From assembly GCA_028277205.1 (NCBI GenBank), contig JANQGT010000006.1, positions 1 to 59,735 on the forward strand: 59,735 nt of DNA, read 5' to 3'. The translations under genes were made by a program, and so were the position numbers. Shown here piece after piece: positions 48,937 through 59,735 of this stretch (positions are counted from its first letter, which is position 1; each line of letters begins with the position of its first letter). This DNA is from Candidatus Altimarinota bacterium (GTDB lineage: Bacteria; Patescibacteriota; Gracilibacteria; BD1-5; UBA2023). The notes beneath the pieces are model-generated. The model ran no database searches. It was not told the DNA's origin and worked only from the letters and a program-made list of their open reading frames with translations.

Positions 48937-49316
48937 AGCAGAGAGTATCCCATATACTCTCTGCTATGATTTCATATGCGAAAATATCACGATACAAAAT
49001 AGGGAGAATTTTTTACTATTTTTTCGAAGATTTTACTGCTATTCAGACAGCAAAAATTACCAGGTTGAATCGAAACACCACTAATCTCTGGTACAATCAT
49101 TTTCGACAGGCAATTGTTCCCATCTCAATCAATCAAACACAGAAGCTCACAGAGTTTGAAGTTGATGAGAGTTATTTCTCAGTAAAAAGAGTACGTTGAA
49201 AGCGATGAAGAGGTGCAGCAGGTAAAACTCCTGTACTCTGACTCCTGAAACGAGATGGCAAGGTATTCGCCTCCGTCATGAAACGATGCCTAAAAAAAGA
49301 AAGTCTGCCAGTCTAG
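48937..49316 (+). mobile_element. Truncated IS1595-family (ISXO2-like) transposase remnant
   Basis: ATG 48966; EVDESYF...VR(G)KR(G)RGAAGKTPVL(G)LLKRDGKV with three TGA=Gly; premature TAG 49314; 12-bp hairpin at 48937-48965. Confidence 0.85.
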
Positions 49317-49511
49317 ATCCAAATATGATCATCATGCGATGTGTTTTCTCGTCGTTTCGCTTTCGTGTGCATGGTTGAAAATCCGCTCATTCGTCAGATC
49401 GCGAGCGTGCATGCAGCCACAAGCACGCGTCTTACAAGCGCTGTCGTCTGGCTGTCGCGATGGCATCGCACTCTCTCGGAGAGCTCTCTGATACCGACTG
49501 TCAAAATAGCA

Positions 49512-50381
49512 TTAGCCGTCCACCCCGAAAAAAGCGGCGGGAAATTTTCGGCGGTATATATCGCCGTCTCTCGCGATGAGGAGGACTGATAGATCATGCG
49601 TCTCGGCGAGCATTTTCGCGTGATCGTATCCCGAGACAAAGCAAGCGGTAGACCATCCGTCGGCGACGATGCCAGCTTCGGCGAGCACCCAGACCGCCGT
49701 CATGTCCGACGCGGGCGCGAGCGTCTGTGCATCCACGAGGTGATGACGATCCCGCCACTGCCGGACGAGAGGACTCGATCCCGCCAGAAAATATCCGTCG
49801 AGCACTGTCTCGCCGATGGCTCGCCGGGTGTCTGTGGGATGTCCGAGCAGCGCCCGCCACGGACGTCCGTCCGGGGTATATCCGCGGGCGTATACATCTC
49901 CGCCCGCATTGATAAATATATTTTCACAAGCATTGAGGCAGTGCGCCATGCGATCCAGAGCGTATCATTTTCCGATGGCGCCGATCTCTATCGATCCTGT
50001 CACACGTATGCGTGCGTCCTCGCTGATCTCGTACGATCCGAGCTGTGTGTCCAGTATTTCCCGATCCAGACGATATTCGGCGTCGTAGCCCCATCATTCC
50101 AGTATCGGCTTTATGCCTAGGGAAAACGCGCCGCCGGTAGCCGACTCGAAAAATTTTCCCCACCGCAAAAGCAAAAGAAGCTCATCCGAGACCCGTGTCC
50201 ACTCGCCTGCCGAGTGATTCAGACGCGCCAGCTCATTTCCCTCGATAAATCGTGAATACGCCGCCTCGATCCGGCGCGTCTCGGAAAATGCTGCCCCCAC
50301 GAGCTCTAGGAGGTGTGGAGTATCGGGATGGACGGCGATGCGGATCCGGGTACCGAGGATCGTCTCGGTGCGATCGATCAT
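49512..50381 (-). CDS. apbE: FAD:protein FMN transferase
   Basis: LGT, YSRF, TGGAF, GAIGK(TGA=G)YALD, INAGGD, HHLVD, ADGWSTA. Confidence 0.92.
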
Positions 50382-50387
50382 GGCGGA

Positions 50388-50873
50388 TTATTCGACGGTG
50401 GTCTCGGTATCGGTCTCGGCTCCATCCTCAGCTCCAGCAGTGGTGTCATCCTCGTCTTCAGTAGCAGTCTCATCAGCGCTCGCCTGCATCGCTATCGCCT
50501 CCAGCGCCTCGGCAAACGCTGTGGAGGCGAGCGACGCTCCGCTCACATATCCGAGCTCTTTTGCTTCATCGAGCGTTTTTCCGATCATTTTCTCCGAAAG
50601 TCCGTTTTTGATTTCCTCGGCGTATCCCTGGACGGTGTGCGCATTTTCACCGGGATCCGGCGTGATCGAGAGCGACTCTATCGCCCCGTCAGAGAGGGTC
50701 ACGGCGACATCCATGTAAAAAGCGTACTCGTCGTCCGCCCCTGCCGCATAGGTCTCGCGGTGGACGTATGTCCCGTCGCGCAGAGCGGCGGACTCGGTAT
50801 CCGTACACGAGGCGAGGATCGTGGCGGAGGCGATCACGCTTGCGATCGTAGAGAGCAGAGAAATGCGGGACAT
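50388..50873 (-). CDS. FMN-binding domain lipoprotein
   Basis: Lipobox LASC; DGTY, VAVTLSDGAI; flavinylation motif VSGASLAS. Confidence 0.88.
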   Translation of the reverse strand: MSRISLLSTIASVIASATILASCTDTESAALRDGTYVHRETYAAGADDEYAFYMDVAVTLSDGAIESLSITPDPGENAHTVQGYAEEIKNGLSEKMIGKTLDEAKELGYVSGASLASTAFAEALEAIAMQASADETATEDEDDTTAGAEDGAETDTETTVE

Positions 50874-51276
50874 GAGTGCTGCCTAGTATGAGAATATGAA
50901 ATATCATACTATCGGATTTCGAGAAAAATACAATCTCATCGCGTAAAATATTTGCTATTTCTGAAGGGTATCAACGTACGAGCATGCTATGAAGTTTGAT
51001 CTTTTAGAAGCTCGATCTCAAAATTTCATACTCTCCAGTGTGGAGGATGACAGGTGAGAATGCCTCAAATCGATATCAAAAACACAATCATACTAACGTT
51101 GAACACATACGATGTGAATACCTCCCGCTTCTTGGTCGGGAGCATGTCATTTTCTCATATCTAAAATATTTTTCATCAAATAAACCCCCCGCATCGTACA
51201 GGTGGCATTCGAAAAAATTGCACCTACGAGCAGGGGAGTTTTTCGGATATCGGACTCGTCTCGACGGATATCCGGG

Positions 51277-51439
51277 ACATCTACCACACTTTGGAATTTT
51301 TTCGGAGATTTCCGGCTCCCGCCGCCTGGGATTTCGCCGTGTCGGGTCGAAAGGCTGGGCGGTTTGGTTCATTCGGCTTTCGCCGACTGAGGGTGTGTTT
51401 TACTGGGTGAGAGCGACCACCGTATCGTGCAGTAGATAT
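51277..51439 (-). ncRNA. ssrS: Probable 6S RNA
   Basis: 13-bp closing stem AUAUCUACUGCAC/GUGUGGUAGAUGU, inner GCUCUC/GGGAGC, unpaired central bubble, apical GUCGG-CGAAAG/CUUUCG-CCGAC; ~163 nt; strong promoter directly upstream. Confidence 0.6.
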
Positions 51440-51443
51440 ACAG

Positions 51444-51472
51444 ATTATGACACATATTTTACTCTCTGTCAA
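51444..51472 (-). promoter_or_regulatory. Sigma70 promoter for the 6S-like RNA
   Basis: TTGACA-17 nt-CATAAT on the reverse strand. Confidence 0.7.
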
Positions 51473-51525
51473 AAAACAAGCCCTCTTTTTTAGAGGACTC
51501 GCGATAGGGCATTGTGATAGGAAAA

Positions 51526-53265
51526 TTACTCTCGCAGCATCCCCGTCTGCAGGTCGACCAGTGTCGAGTACACACCGCCTCTCGCGAGCAGTTCGACGTG
51601 TGTGCCGGATTCGATCACCCGCCCCTTTTCCATGACGTGGATGATGTCCGCGTGCATGACGGTCTGCAGGCGATGCGCGATGATGACGACAGTTTTATTT
51701 GCGGTCAGCTTCACGAGCAGATCAGAGATGATCTTTTCACTGATGCTATCCAGTGCGCTCGTCGGCTCGTCCAGCAGGACGATATTCGGATCTTTTAGGA
51801 AAATGCGAGCGATGGCGAGACGTTGTTTTTCTCCGCCGGAGAGCTTGATGCCGCGCTCGCCGATCTCGGTCTCGAGGAGCGTGTCAAACTGTCGTACCCG
51901 CTCTGCGAGTCGCGCGTCCTCCAGGGCTTTCCAGAGTGCCTCATCATCGAATGCTTTATCGGGACTCGCATACTCCAGATTTTCGCGGATCGTCCCGTCA
52001 AATATCGCGGGATCCTGAGACAGGTAGCCGATATGCGCATAGAACGACGAGAGCTGCAGACCGGTCAGCTCTTGTCCGTCGGCGGTGATTTTCCCGGACT
52101 GCGGATCATATATGCGCAGCAGCAGTCGCAGTACGGTCGACTTTCCAGAGCCGGAGTGCCCGACGAGCGCCGTCGTCTTTCCGGACTCGAATCGGAGAGA
52201 AAAATCCTCGAATATCGTCACGGTGTCCGTATAGCCAAATTTCACATTCTCAAACTGAATGTCTCCGCCCTGAAACCGGTATTCCCGGTCTCCGTCCCGG
52301 TATACGTCCGGCTCGTCTAGAAATTCGTGCATGCGGTGGTACGCCTCGTACTGGCGCCCCATGTGTCGGGCGCTATGCAGGATTTTCTCTATCGGATGCC
52401 AGCTAAACCACATGTACACGGCGAGGAGCGTGATCGTCGCGATGGTCATCTCTCCTGTGAGCACGTAGTAGCCGAAATAGGCAAATATTCCTGCCTCGAT
52501 GAGGCGAAATCCGATATGCATGAAGTCGAAAATACTCCAGGTGATCGCTGCATACTGAAACTCTATACGGGGTCTCGGAGCATTGTTGCTCGCGCTTTGT
52601 TCGAGCTCGTATCCCTTTCGATTCGAGACGCGGATGAGAAAATTTTCCATGATGACGCGCGCGAGATTGCGTTTGTCCTGCTCGTTGATTTCTTCGCTTT
52701 GGTCGGCGAGCTTTCGAGACCCCTGAAAGAAGACGTACTGAATGGTGGCGGTAACACCCAGAAAGGCGAGAAAGACCGTGCCGAGCCATACGGAGTATGT
52801 AAAGATAATAATGGTAATAATGACGAGCCGCACCACTCCGATGAATATCGAGTCGACCATATGGTGGAGGAGGTCTACCTCGGCATCGATACCTTTTGTC
52901 ATACGGGAGATGAGCTTTCCCGTCCCGTATTTCAGCAGCGTCGCATAGTTGATGGAGAGGATCCGGGTTTTGTATTCGGCGACTTTGATGATGTAGATTT
53001 TTGTCCAGAGATAGTCCCATGACTTGGTGCGTATCCAGTCAAAAATGACAAATACAACCGATGTAAACGCGAGCGCTCCCGCCCAAAACAGCAGATCATC
53101 ATAGCTTCCTCCGGTTTCGAGGACGAGGACATTTCGGGATGTGAGCCATGGCAATAGCAGGACGAGCCCCTCTGACGCGAAGATCGCAACAACGAGAAGA
53201 ACACCAAGTGGTCCCATATGGCGGGCATTTCCCATGATATGGCGAATATCGGCAAACATATACAA
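51526..53265 (-). CDS. ABC transporter, fused permease/ATPase (exporter)
   Basis: TM domain, GHSGSGKST, LSGGEKQR, LLDEPTSALD, IAHRL. Confidence 0.95.
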   Translation of the reverse strand: MYMFADIRHIMGNARHMGPLGVLLVVAIFASEGLVLLLPWLTSRNVLVLETGGSYDDLLFWAGALAFTSVVFVIFDWIRTKSWDYLWTKIYIIKVAEYKTRILSINYATLLKYGTGKLISRMTKGIDAEVDLLHHMVDSIFIGVVRLVIITIIIFTYSVWLGTVFLAFLGVTATIQYVFFQGSRKLADQSEEINEQDKRNLARVIMENFLIRVSNRKGYELEQSASNNAPRPRIEFQYAAITWSIFDFMHIGFRLIEAGIFAYFGYYVLTGEMTIATITLLAVYMWFSWHPIEKILHSARHMGRQYEAYHRMHEFLDEPDVYRDGDREYRFQGGDIQFENVKFGYTDTVTIFEDFSLRFESGKTTALVGHSGSGKSTVLRLLLRIYDPQSGKITADGQELTGLQLSSFYAHIGYLSQDPAIFDGTIRENLEYASPDKAFDDEALWKALEDARLAERVRQFDTLLETEIGERGIKLSGGEKQRLAIARIFLKDPNIVLLDEPTSALDSISEKIISDLLVKLTANKTVVIIAHRLQTVMHADIIHVMEKGRVIESGTHVELLARGGVYSTLVDLQTGMLRE

Positions 53266-53648
53266 ACAGCTAAAAAATCGCCTAAAACAGCGCCGGTAAA
53301 ACTACCCACAAAAATCCCCTCGTCAAGTTTCGCTTTGTGAAGAGATGGTGAAGAAATATTCATGCTATTGTCGCGATCACGCCACTGCGCGGCAGCGAAT
53401 ATCGGGCTTGTTTCATGCGCCATGAGATACGAGAGCATGCAAATTGAACTCGGGAAATATGCCACCCTGAATGATGTTTCACACGCGATGAGACGCGAGA
53501 GCATGCAAATACACGAGCATACGGCATTTGCGGTACTACTTTCAGAGAGGCATAAAGATTCGAATACGCTTCAACTTGCAGGTTCGGATTCTTATCGCGA
53601 ATGACGATTTGTTTGCGGATACGGTATCGTCAATTTCAAAGTAATACC

Positions 53649-54911
53649 CTACCACCGGACCGTGATCGTCGTGCCTTTGCCGATTTCGCTCTCTAGCTCG
53701 ATGCTCATGCCGTGCACTTTTTCGATGATGGTACGCACGATAGAGAGCCCGAGTCCGTGTCCGCTGGCGTATGTGCGCGCCGCATCCGTTTTATAAAATC
53801 GTCTCCAGACTTTGTCGATGTCCTCGGGTTTGATACCGACGCCGTTGTCACTGACGACGAGGGCGCGTTTTTCCAGCTGGACGCGCACGCGCCCCGTCTC
53901 GGGATCAGAGTACTTCAGACCGTTTGAGACCAGATTATTGACCGCGATCTCAAAAAGATCGCGATAGATCCAGAGTGTTACGCGCGCTTTTGTAGAGGAA
54001 AAAGTAACGCGCTTTTGACCCATCGTCGGCAGTCCCGAGAGAAATCTGCTCATATCCGTACGCTCGCGATCGAGCTCGCTCGTCTGCGCGCGCGCAAGCT
54101 CGAGCAATGACATAGTGAGCGAATTCATCTCCGCGACCTGTTTTGCGATGCGATCCAGTCATTCACGGTAGTCTTCTTTTGCGCGGGCGATGTCGATGGA
54201 GCTCTGGATTTCAAATATTTTATTTTTAAATTCGTGTGCGAGATCATCGGAAAACTGCTCGAGATTTTTCGTCTCCTCGTGCACTCGGCGAAAGAGTGTA
54301 TTGAGCGTATCGGACAGGAGATAGATATCATCCGCGGGATTTCCCTCGAGGGGGATGAGCTGCTCTTCGACCGGTTTTCTCGGAGCAAATGCGCGCGCTT
54401 TTTTCGTGATATCGCGAAATGGCTCATAGAGTACATAGCTAAAAAGCACCGCGATGATGAAAATGACGGCGAGTCCGAATCCTGAAAATACGCTCATGGC
54501 ATACAAAAAATCATCGCGCTCCGTCACCACGTCCGTCACATCGAGCGCGAATACGAGCGTATCGCCGCCGTATACCGAGTACTCCGCGATGAAATACGAG
54601 CGCCTGTCGATCTCTATGATGCGATCCGCTCCGATGAATGTCTGTGTATAGTCAAATCGCTCGAAGATCCCCTGCGCGTGCAGCGGATCTCTGCTGCGAC
54701 CGAGGATGAGCAGGTGCTGTGTCGTGCGGATGACCTCCCCAAACGTGCGAATATCCTCCAGACGCTCGCGGACATACAGCGTCTGCTCCTGGCGCCATCG
54801 CCGCTCGTTTGTGGCGAAGAGGAGGGTATTGAACACGATGAGCACGCAAAATACGATCCCCGTGAAGAGCACGACGACTTTTTGGCGGGAGGTGAGGGGG
54901 AAAATCTGCAC
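53649..54911 (-). CDS. Sensor histidine kinase
   Basis: Two TM helices, HAMP, DLAHEFKN, NLVSNGLKYS, DNGVGI, GHGLGLSI; joined at TGA 54159. Confidence 0.93.
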
Positions 54912-54980
54912 GGTGGCGGTTGTTAGAAACCGCTTTCAAAAAGACTATTGTAGTGTATTTTTGCGACTCACCAAGAAATT

Positions 54981-55883
54981 TTACTTCTTATGAAGCATGC
55001 GCTCGACAGATTTTCCCGTAGCAAATGCCTCGACATTTTCTATCATGAGTTCCTCTCATGCGTCGCGCGCCTGTCGGGTCAGCCCCGCGATGTGCGGTGT
55101 GACGAGTACCCGGGGGTGCGAGAGCATTTTTTGATAAAATGCATTGCTGGTATCGCCGAGCGGCTCTGGGTCGCAGTCGATCGCCGCACGATCGAAAGCG
55201 CCGTCCGAGAGCGCCGAGAGCATCGCATCCGCATCATATGTGTACGGTCGCGAAAATGTCAGAAATTTCGCGTGTCCCGGGAGACTGCGAAAAAACGACT
55301 CATCGAGAAGATTGTGACTCGAGGGTGAGCAGTTGAGCGCATTGATGACGAGATCAGCATCCGCGACGCAGGCATGCAGATCATCACCTCGCTCGAAAAA
55401 TAGAACGCTCATCCCGAGTGCTCCGAGCACCTCTCCGAGCTGCGCTCCGATGCTGCCCTTTCCGATGATAGTCGCATGTTTTCCGACGAGACTCTCATGG
55501 GAAATGATCGGTACGTCCTCGCGAGTATCGATCGTGAGATGGAGATCACGAAAGAGCGCAAGGGTCATAAAGACGCTCCACTCTACGATAGTGTCGCGAT
55601 TTCCGCCGCGAGCGTTCGCGACCTGTACGCCTCTTTGTGCCAGCACCTGCGAGTCAAATGATCCGATCTCGACAAACGGATAGGTGACGAATACATTTTC
55701 AAATAATCCGAGCGCCGCATGCAGATACTCCCCGTCACTACAGACGATGTCAAATCCGCGCGCTTTGTGTGCCAGATCCTCGGCACTCTCGGGACTGCCG
55801 AAATACGAGACCTCGCCCGCGCGCTCCAGACGCGAGCGCTGATCATCCGTAAATCCGAAATCTCCGAATACCGCGATTTTCAT
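54981..55883 (-). CDS. D-isomer-specific 2-hydroxyacid dehydrogenase family protein
   Basis: IIGKGSIG, ADLVI, DPEP, HPRVLVTPHIAG; extended through TGA to TAA 54981. Confidence 0.88.
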
Positions 55884-56228
55884 ACTATGGATGGGTTATG
55901 ATTGGCACGCATTTTCGGACAATTTGCCTCTGCGAAAATTATTTATCTTCAGCAGATTTTCCGCAACGCGCAAGGAGCCTGTCGGTTTCGACGATGACTC
56001 TTTGAAACTCTTTTGTCGCCTGTCTCGCTTGTGTAATTTTGAGCAGCATGCCGTTATATGTTGGCATCTCGTCTGCTGGATCGGGAGATGTGTGTGTGTC
56101 TTGTAGTGATACCGTCATGAGAATAGACCTGAGGACTTTATGACATAGACTTTATGAGTGTGTCGATTGTAAACAACACAAATCGAAAGTCAATAGCTAT
56201 AAATATTTCAAAAATATCATGCTCCACG

Positions 56229-56918
56229 CTAATCAATCACATACCCCGCGAGCTTTACCGTGCGAATGAGATGCGGATTGTCGAGCTTTTTTCGCAGGTA
56301 GGCGATATGGACATTGATCGTGTCCGAGCCGTAGGAAAAATCCGAGCCGTAGTCTTTCCATACGTGCTCGAAAATTTCCTCGCGCGATACGATCCGTCAG
56401 CGATTTTTCAGCAGATACGCAAAGAGTGCGAACTCTTTCGGCGAGAGGGCAATCTCACTATCGTCTTTTCGGCGGATGCGCTGGGACGAGAGATTGACCT
56501 CCAGATCCTCGATTTCTATGATCTCATTGCCAAATCCGGAGTTGTTTGCCATCTGGGCCCTCGTGCGCTCCATGATATTCGACACGCGCAGATAGAGCTC
56601 CTCGAGATTGAAAGGCTTGACGAGATAGTCGTCGGCGCCGGCGGAGAGCCCCTCCACTTTGTCGATGGGCTTATCGAGCGCCGTCAAAAAGAGGTAGGGA
56701 ATGTCGATGCCGCGTTGTTTCGCCATTTTGACGAGCGAGAGTCCGTCAATCTCTGGGATCATGCGATCCACGATGAGAAAATCGTACTCGACATTGCGCA
56801 TGTTTTCATACGCTCGCTCGCCGTCGTAGGCGGTGTCCGCTTCCCATCATTTCAGGCGGAAATAGTCGGCGATATTTTCGGCGATTGCCCGATTGTCTTC
56901 GATGACAAGCAGATGCAT
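56229..56918 (-). CDS. OmpR-family response regulator
   Basis: LLVIEDN, VDRMIPEIDG, GADDYLVKPF, LSPKEF, INVHIAYLRKKL, IRTVKLAGY; two TGA. Confidence 0.95.
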
Positions 56919-56975
56919 GGTATCGGTGGATGGAGTGAGAATAGCTGCAGATCAATCGGAGCAAGACCCGGGTTT

Positions 56976-57602
56976 TTACTCTGCTGTCTGTGGAAATCCT
57001 GTGACGATATCATCGAGCGTGTTAGCTCCGAGCTTTTTCTCGGAGGTATCCGTGTCCGCGCTCAGATAGACGATCGTATGCTGCATCGTCACGCCGTGAG
57101 CTCGTCGCAAAGCGACTGATGTGTCGTAGTCGACCTTGAATATCGCGGTATCCGACGAGATGTCGCCTATATTTTCCTCTATATTTTCCTCGAGTGCGCG
57201 GCAGCTGGGACACCAGTCCGCGTGAAAAAACAAAGCGACATTTTGCCCCTGGGCGACAGCGCTGTCGACTGTCTGCGAGTCGTAGTCGATATATCCGGAG
57301 ATCGACTCGGCATCCATAGCATCACCCTCCGTATCCGTATCCATGGCAGTATCGTCAGATCCTTCGTCCATCATGGAGCCATCCTCTGTGCTGTCATCCA
57401 TACTCGTGCTGTCGTCTGCGGTCTCATCGTCCGATTCTGTATCCATGTCTGTATCCATGGACTCGTCGGGCATAGTGTCACTATCTGTCGGTGCCGTGCT
57501 ATCGTCCGGAGCCGTCCCGTCATCCGTCGGAGCCGAGTGCATACAGGCGGAGAGCAGTATGATTGCCGCAACGGAAAGCAGCGTGATGCCAGTGTACTTC
57601 AT
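56976..57602 (-). CDS. Thioredoxin-like lipoprotein with acidic Met-rich linker
   Basis: Lipobox LSAC; D/T/S/M low-complexity linker; FHADWCPSCR. Confidence 0.88.
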   Translation of the reverse strand: MKYTGITLLSVAAIILLSACMHSAPTDDGTAPDDSTAPTDSDTMPDESMDTDMDTESDDETADDSTSMDDSTEDGSMMDEGSDDTAMDTDTEGDAMDAESISGYIDYDSQTVDSAVAQGQNVALFFHADWCPSCRALEENIEENIGDISSDTAIFKVDYDTSVALRRAHGVTMQHTIVYLSADTDTSEKKLGANTLDDIVTGFPQTAE

Positions 57603-57656
57603 AGAAGTGGGATTACCGATAAAGCGCCAGTGTACCGCCCTTGAAATAAAATGCAA

Positions 57657-58397
57657 CTAATACGTGTCAGAAAGTCCGTTTCCCCGCAAAAGCATTCGCT
57701 CCAGCTGGACTGTTTCCGACCATCCTCGATCCGTAAACCATGCCTCTATATCCCGATGAAATCCGAGAGAAAACATGATACCCGCAGCGAGAAAAAAGAC
57801 TCCCACACCCCGGCGAAACCATCCGCGCGGATCGCTCGCACCCCGGATCGTGCGCATAAACGTCTGACCGAATACCGCTACCAAAAGCAGCATGAATACG
57901 AGACCGAGCGCGTAGAGCGTGATATAGAGCGTCCCCAGTGAAAAATCCACCGGCAAAATGCTGCCGATGACGGCGGCGTATGTCGGTGAACAGCTGGTGA
58001 AAACCGGTCCGAGTGCGATACCTGTGAGCACACTGCCGGTATAGCCGTCGTGCTCACGGGCACTGCATAGCCACGCTCCGGACTGTCTGGAAAATCCCGA
58101 CATGGCAACAGCTCGCTCCCATGCACCCGGAAAGACCATGGAGAGCCCCACGACAAAGAGAATCACTCATGATATCACCGCCCACGTCTCGTGCGATATC
58201 GGAGCAAATGTCGCCATCCCCTTTACGAGTAGGGCGAAAGCGACGATGGAAAACGCAAGCGACGCCATCATGATGGTGATGTGCCCCGGGCGCGAATGCG
58301 CCATCGATCCCCCGAGGATCACAGACAAAAGCGGAAACGCGCACGGTGCGAAGATCGTGAGGACTCAAGCGGTAAATGACAGCAGAGCGAGAGACAT
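57657..58397 (-). CDS. ccdA: CcdA/DsbD-type transmembrane electron transporter
   Basis: A(TGA=G)VLTIFAPCAFP and LGPVFTSCSPT cysteine motifs, YALGL. Confidence 0.85.
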
Positions 58398-58756
58398 GGA
58401 CGATATCCGAAAAGAAAGCGAAGAAAGAGCATCCTCCTCTTCGCATGATCGAGGAGGCTATTGTATGCCGATCGGATTAAGAAAACAAAGGAGCGTTCGA
58501 GTGTGTTTTTTATACACAATACCGGGTCATCGACCGATAAGACCGGGCATAGATTCTCGGGTGCCGGGAATGCCTGGGAAAAAACCGGTGCTGGTTTTGC
58601 ATGGTATTTTTCACGATAAAGACCCTCACTGCAGTCGAAAGCTCACTTGCTCTCGGCTGCAGCCGAGGCGTCCCATCGCGATCGATCACATGCCGTATGT
58701 GGATTTTGACTGGCTAAAAGCCTGAAAAAAATACAAGCGAAAACCGGGATTGTTTG

Positions 58757-59143
58757 CTATTTTTGTCGCTGCTCCCGGATGAATACCGGAAAATGCACGA
58801 GAAACAACAAGAGAAATATCGTCCCCCAGATACCGCCGGAGAGCATGGTTTCTTTCGTGGAAAATTGTCGCTGGATGAGTACTGTCTCCCGGGCTTCTTC
58901 TTTGCACTCCTCGATTTCCTCCTCGGTTCGTGCCTCGCGCTCCTCGCCGTCGATGATCGGTCGGGGATCGTTTTCGCAGTTTTCCACCTGCCAGCGTCCG
59001 GATCCGCCCGTCAGGTATTCCTCGTCGGTGATGATGGATGATATCGCGTACGAATACGCGAGCGTCCCGTAGCCCACGACGGCGCCGATGAGTCCGACGA
59101 CGGAGGCGACCAGCAGATAGATGGAGATGAAGAGATGGCGCAT
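58757..59143 (-). CDS. Two-TM membrane protein (DUF5671-like)
   Basis: IYLLVASVVGLI N-terminal helix, two Cys in the loop, LFLVHF C-terminal helix. Confidence 0.7.
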   Translation of the reverse strand: MRHLFISIYLLVASVVGLIGAVVGYGTLAYSYAISSIITDEEYLTGGSGRWQVENCENDPRPIIDGEEREARTEEEIEECKEEARETVLIQRQFSTKETMLSGGIWGTIFLLLFLVHFPVFIREQRQK

Positions 59144-59392
59144 ATCCTGATAGGATCATAAAATAAAAACGAGCACTGACATAGTACTCGTTTTTGGAGG
59201 AAAGCAAGAGAGCGGACCTGCGCTCTACTAGTAGCGACACCGAAGATCGACAGAAGCGTTATTTTGAGTGGATGAGATCGAAACAACTTCGAAGCTGACA
59301 GAGCCAAAATGCAGCGGCAATGCGCAAATCATGACTACTCTATAGTATATCTATCCACGAATGTCAAATAATTTTCCCAGAAGAATTGTTGC

Positions 59393-59735
59393 TTACATGA
59401 TAAAGCTCTTCTCAAGGCGCTCGATGCGACTCTCGAGCGGCGGATGCGAGGAAAAAAGCGAGAGCCACGAATTTTTTGTCGAAATTTTGAATGCGGCGAG
59501 CTCCCCATCGTCGTTTTCCTGCGTTTGAGGAAAGAGCTTTTGCAGTCTGCGGAGTGCCGCGACCATGCTGTCGCGCCCTGCAAACCGGGCTCCGCCCGCG
59601 TCCGCCCGGTATTCTCGGTAGCGTGAAAATGCCATGAGGATGAGACTCGCGAGGATACCGAGCACGATCTCCAGGATGATGACGCTCGCATAGTAGCCGA
59701 TGCCGAATCCCTCTTCGTTTTTCAGGATGGCGCGA
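59393..59735 (-). CDS. htpX: Zinc metalloprotease HtpX, C-terminal part
   Basis: [32 protein letters not shown]; runs off the window end. Confidence 0.93.
   Translation of the reverse strand, partial: RAILKNEEGFGIGYYASVIILEIVLGILASLILMAFSRYREYRADAGGARFAGRDSMVAALRRLQKLFPQTQENDDGELAAFKISTKNSWLSLFSSHPPLESRIERLEKSFIM

Overview
Chromosomal window from a bacterium that reads TGA as glycine (genetic code 25, known from Gracilibacteria/Absconditabacteria, CPR). In-frame TGA codons fall on conserved Gly positions in PyrG, GlyA, RNase Y, ApbE, CtpA and others, and the genes I could follow end in TAA/TAG. The supplied ORF track therefore fragments most genes and largely misses some; all CDS coordinates below were re-joined by hand under code 25. 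Housekeeping content: rpsU, mraY, rny, lgt, comEC, glyA, ctpA, pyrG, partial htpX, 4 tRNAs and a probable 6S RNA. Other modules: FecR/SLH-lipoprotein-CHASE2 adenylate cyclase; glycoside-hydrolase-like + CarS-like + PgsA-like cluster; sortase; AbrB-RND efflux operon; split class III RNR with NrdR boxes; ferredoxin-FNR-MsrQ-like fusion near ApbE and an FMN-binding lipoprotein; CcdA-thioredoxin; a two-component system; an IS1595 remnant. The least explained items are non-coding: a cas-less CRISPR-like array with alternating repeat variants (33571-33813) whose upstream sequence recurs at about 15.4 kb, a three-copy ~45-bp hairpin element, a tRNA-Arg 3'-end duplication, and a promoter/long hairpin/terminator/repeat-peptide unit at 4.5-4.9 kb. 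rpsU has a clear Shine-Dalgarno site where the other starts checked do not. No searches were run; family calls come from recognised motifs only.
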